The position numbers and the translations under genes are program-made. A DNA stretch of 63,967 nt, filler included, from Saprolegnia diclina VS20 (lineage: Eukaryota): the NCBI RefSeq assembly GCF_000281045.1. It is 6 parts of 3 records of this genome, joined end to end, with 100 filler letters (N's around TTAATTAATTAA, not from the genome) between each part and the next. Parts side by side here need not be neighbours in the genome. Positions count along the whole stretch, not along the records: positions 60,471 to 63,967 come from NW_008246146.1; 5 more parts are not named here. One strand, written 5' to 3'. Each line of letters opens with the position of its first letter. Positions within the stretch are counted from its first letter, which is position 1. A model generated the notes under the pieces. That model had not been told where the DNA came from. It saw only the letters and a program-made list of their open reading frames with translations, and did no database searches. This document shows positions 61,157-63,967 of the stretch, in pieces.

Positions 61157-62010
61157 NNNNNNNNNNNNNNNNNNNNNNNNNNNNNNNNNNNNNNNNNNNN
61201 NNNNNNNNNNNNNNNNNNNNNNNNNNNNNNNNNNNNNNNNNNNNNNNNNNNNNNNNGTTTTGTGCTGCCGGCCATTTATTTTTGTCCAATCAAAATCGAT
61301 CGTTCCAATGGCGTCGGGCAGGAACTGTTAACGCGCCTCCCCAAGGTAGAGGGGATTGTGAAGAACCGCTAGGTCGTCTCACGTTCGGGGAAAGGGGGTG
61401 GGGTGTACAGGGAAGGTGGTTTGCTGGCGGGGTGAGGGGGTGGTGAAAAGGGATTAATATGCTTTTAACGGACAGTACTCTGGACTGCACAGTGGCCTGC
61501 ACGTTTTAGCGGACAAGGAGCCGTCAAATTAACGTAAATTGCCCTGTCATCTCGGCTACGGTGATGGCATCAAGGAGGTGTACTAGTACACAGATACACA
61601 CACTTTCGAGCTCCTAATGAAAAGGATGATGTAGCGTGCGTCGGCATTCGGCGCTTGCTTGCCACGCAAGTCCAATCCTCGAGCAAGGTCCCCGTTTACC
61701 TTTGACGAGTACGAGAGCCTCGGCCGAGACAGCCGCGCGCTCCCGCTTCGCGCGCCTCTTCTTGACCATGTAGTGGGGCTTATGTGCCGATCCAAGTCGA
61801 CGGAGACGGTATGCTTGGATCACCCCTCGAGCGTAGGCGGCGACTCTACGATAGCGAGCTGCCTCAATACTCCGCAACCATATTGCCACGTCACGGAGAC
61901 TTTTTAGCCAATCAGATAACAGGGAATATTAACGGATGGCCTGTCCGTCAAATTCCGATCTCACAAATTAGTTTTTATCTTGATTCGCGCCAATTCCCGA
62001 TGTCCCGAAC

Positions 62011-62084
62011 TATCTATCTATCTATCTATCTATCTATATATTTATCTATCTAACTATCTAGCTATCGATCTATCGATCTATCTA
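62011..62084. repeat. Imperfect (TATC)n microsatellite
   Basis: tatctatctatctatctatctatcta... Confidence 0.9.
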
Positions 62085-62285
62085 GTGCAGAAGGTCACAC
62101 TCAATCGAGGTGTTCACAGGCGGCATAAAGATCGGGCGTCTTTTTCAGTATGCGGAAGGCCTACTCTGTATAGCAGCCTCGCACACGACGTAGCGATCTT
62201 GGCTCCCACGGCTCTTCCATAAACATCCCAGCGCAAGATAGTAGGCTCGTGTTCTACCGCATAGCGTATCATTGCAAAGCCGGTG

Positions 62286-63967
62286 TTAGTGTAGACTCAG
62301 TGGCAGTGCGTATTGCGCGGCTACAAACCGCGGGTGCTCCTGCGGGCACGGCGTCGGTGCCAGCACAAAGAGGCGCCAGAGCTTGATGTCGAGGACGTAG
62401 AATATGCCGTCGTACTGTACGCTCAGGAGCCCATTCAACGCTGCGGACGCCCGGTCCAAGTAGTAGACATCGTTGTGTACCCATGGCGCGTGGTGGAAGA
62501 GGAATGTGGCACCCGCCGAGAGCAGCAGCGACTGCACCTTCTTGGTCGGCGCGGTGTACGGCACAACATCGTGGGGCCGCCACCGCTTGGGCACGAGCCG
62601 CCAGTGCCAGTGCCAATGCTGCACACTCCGCACCATGCTGTAGCAAAGCAAGTTGACACACAGCGTGAGGCACCCCAGCATCCCAATGCGCGTCCAATGG
62701 CCGATCGTGATGGTCGCCGTCTCGCACGCGACTTGAAAGTCCATGCAAATCACGTGGCATACGGGTGCATACCTGGCGCTGAAGACCACGGGCGCATACC
62801 AGGAGAGGAGCGCGGTGGCGGCCCATACGCTGAGGCTGTTCACAGTCGCGTACTGCGCCGCGTGCGACCGCGTGAGCACGATAGCCATGTCGTTGACAAC
62901 CTCGACAAGCCACGTGACTTCGCTGGCCGCGAGCAGCACGGAGAACCACGACGTGTTTCGTGGCGCTAGAAACGCGAGGCCGTCAACGTCGTGCAGCTCG
63001 AGCGACGCGGTGGCGAGGAGCATCATGGCGGTCGCGGACCGGACAAAGATGAGCGGACGGCCGACGTAGCTCATGGCGCCGATGCGGTTGAGTTTGAGTA
63101 CGTTCCGGCGCTCCATGTAGCCGTGCGCGAGGCCGATGTAGAGCGTGATGACCAGCGCGAGGAGCAAGAGGAGGCTTGTGACAAACATGTTGGCCGACTG
63201 CGCGTACGCGGCGAGCGCCGACGGCAGCTCGGCCGCGTAGATCGCTTGCGTGATCGGCGTCGTCTTCTCCGAGAGCAAGGTCAGCGAGAGGTTGTCCCCT
63301 TGGAACTGCAAAACGTCGCGGTCGCACGCCACCCATTCAAGGAGATAGGCAAACGCAAAGAGGTCGTAGTTCGGATCCTCCAAGTTGAGCAGCGACATGC
63401 GTTGCAGCGACAGCGACTCGTTGGTCGAGGGGCTACCATACTGGAACAGCTCAATGTGGAGCGCAGCCACGGACGCATAGACGTCTACGAGGTCGATACC
63501 TTCCCGCACCATGGCCTCCGCCAGGCCAAAGGTGGTCGTAAAGGTCGTTGTGGCGTTCAGGTACTGTTCGCACGCCACGAGATTGTAAGGATCGTGGTTG
63601 CAAATGTCACTCCAGTTGCTTTGCGTGTGGACTGCGCCCAGCAAGGAAGCGGGCACGAGCGCTGCCCGGTCGAGCTGCAAGCTGGCATAGTAGGACACCG
63701 AGTCGCAGCCATAGTCGAATGAAAAGAGCGCGAGGAGACCGGCACCGACGCCAGGCGCCGACGTCGGTAAGATCGCGTCGCAAAGCACAGAGCCGCCAAA
63801 CGACAAGAAATTTGACTCGATCCACGGCGCAGGGACAGGCCACACTTGTACGTTGGTGTCGATCGCAAGGAAGGCCGCGAGCGCCGACGCGTTCTCTGCA
63901 ATTAGCGTGTGCAGGAGGCGGCGAAGGCTGTCGACGGCGGCGCGTAGCGCAGTCGGCACAGGAACAA
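62286..63967 (-). CDS. 3' part of a large multi-pass membrane protein of a Saprolegniales-expanded family; 5' end outside window
   Basis: 557-aa open frame; DRDVLQFQGD, LNRIGAMSYVGRPLIFVRSATAMMLLAT, LLAASEVTWLV, LDRASAALNGLL, LDIKLWR; multiple TM helices. Confidence 0.85.
   Translation of the reverse strand, partial: VPVPTALRAAVDSLRRLLHTLIAENASALAAFLAIDTNVQVWPVPAPWIESNFLSFGGSVLCDAILPTSAPGVGAGLLALFSFDYGCDSVSYYASLQLDRAALVPASLLGAVHTQSNWSDICNHDPYNLVACEQYLNATTTFTTTFGLAEAMVREGIDLVDVYASVAALHIELFQYGSPSTNESLSLQRMSLLNLEDPNYDLFAFAYLLEWVACDRDVLQFQGDNLSLTLLSEKTTPITQAIYAAELPSALAAYAQSANMFVTSLLLLLALVITLYIGLAHGYMERRNVLKLNRIGAMSYVGRPLIFVRSATAMMLLATASLELHDVDGLAFLAPRNTSWFSVLLAASEVTWLVEVVNDMAIVLTRSHAAQYATVNSLSVWAATALLSWYAPVVFSARYAPVCHVICMDFQVACETATITIGHWTRIGMLGCLTLCVNLLCYSMVRSVQHWHWHWRLVPKRWRPHDVVPYTAPTKKVQSLLLSAGATFLFHHAPWVHNDVYYLDRASAALNGLLSVQYDGIFYVLDIKLWRLFVLAPTPCPQEHPRFVAAQYALPLSLH

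Noticed and set aside
60523..61298. ~42-bp direct repeat (gttttgtgctgccggcc...caaaatcg) at 60523 and 61257
   Set aside because: One copy starts at a gap edge; probably part of the local redundancy around 60975-61156.
61500..61960. Weak inverted similarity suggesting another MITE
   Set aside because: Match too short and degenerate, with no TSD.

Overview
Eukaryotic, GC-rich, intron-containing DNA that looks like an oomycete of the Saprolegniales type (inferred from gene families and short GT-AG introns). It is a draft pseudo-scaffold with N gaps and five artificial TTAATTAATTAA linkers, so adjacency across linkers is unreliable. Recognisable genes: WASH complex subunit 4 (SWIP), mitochondrial-type arginyl-tRNA synthetase, mitochondrial ribosomal protein uL1, eIF3a and a degenerate GCN1-like C-terminal fragment. 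Lineage-expanded families: two LRR-type receptor-like genes, two PX+RING-H2 genes, two bZIP-like/START-like genes, three small CCCH proteins (one with a premature stop, in an inverted duplication), three tandem 'LRCFPHCCPxH' genes sharing a 25-nt microexon, and two multi-pass membrane proteins. Mobile DNA: a young full-length Ty1/Copia element, a Tourist-like MITE and an internally deleted Harbinger element. The most unusual feature is the Copia element: TA-type rather than TG...CA LTR ends, divergent integrase and protease motifs, and an extra C-terminal tail after RNase H.
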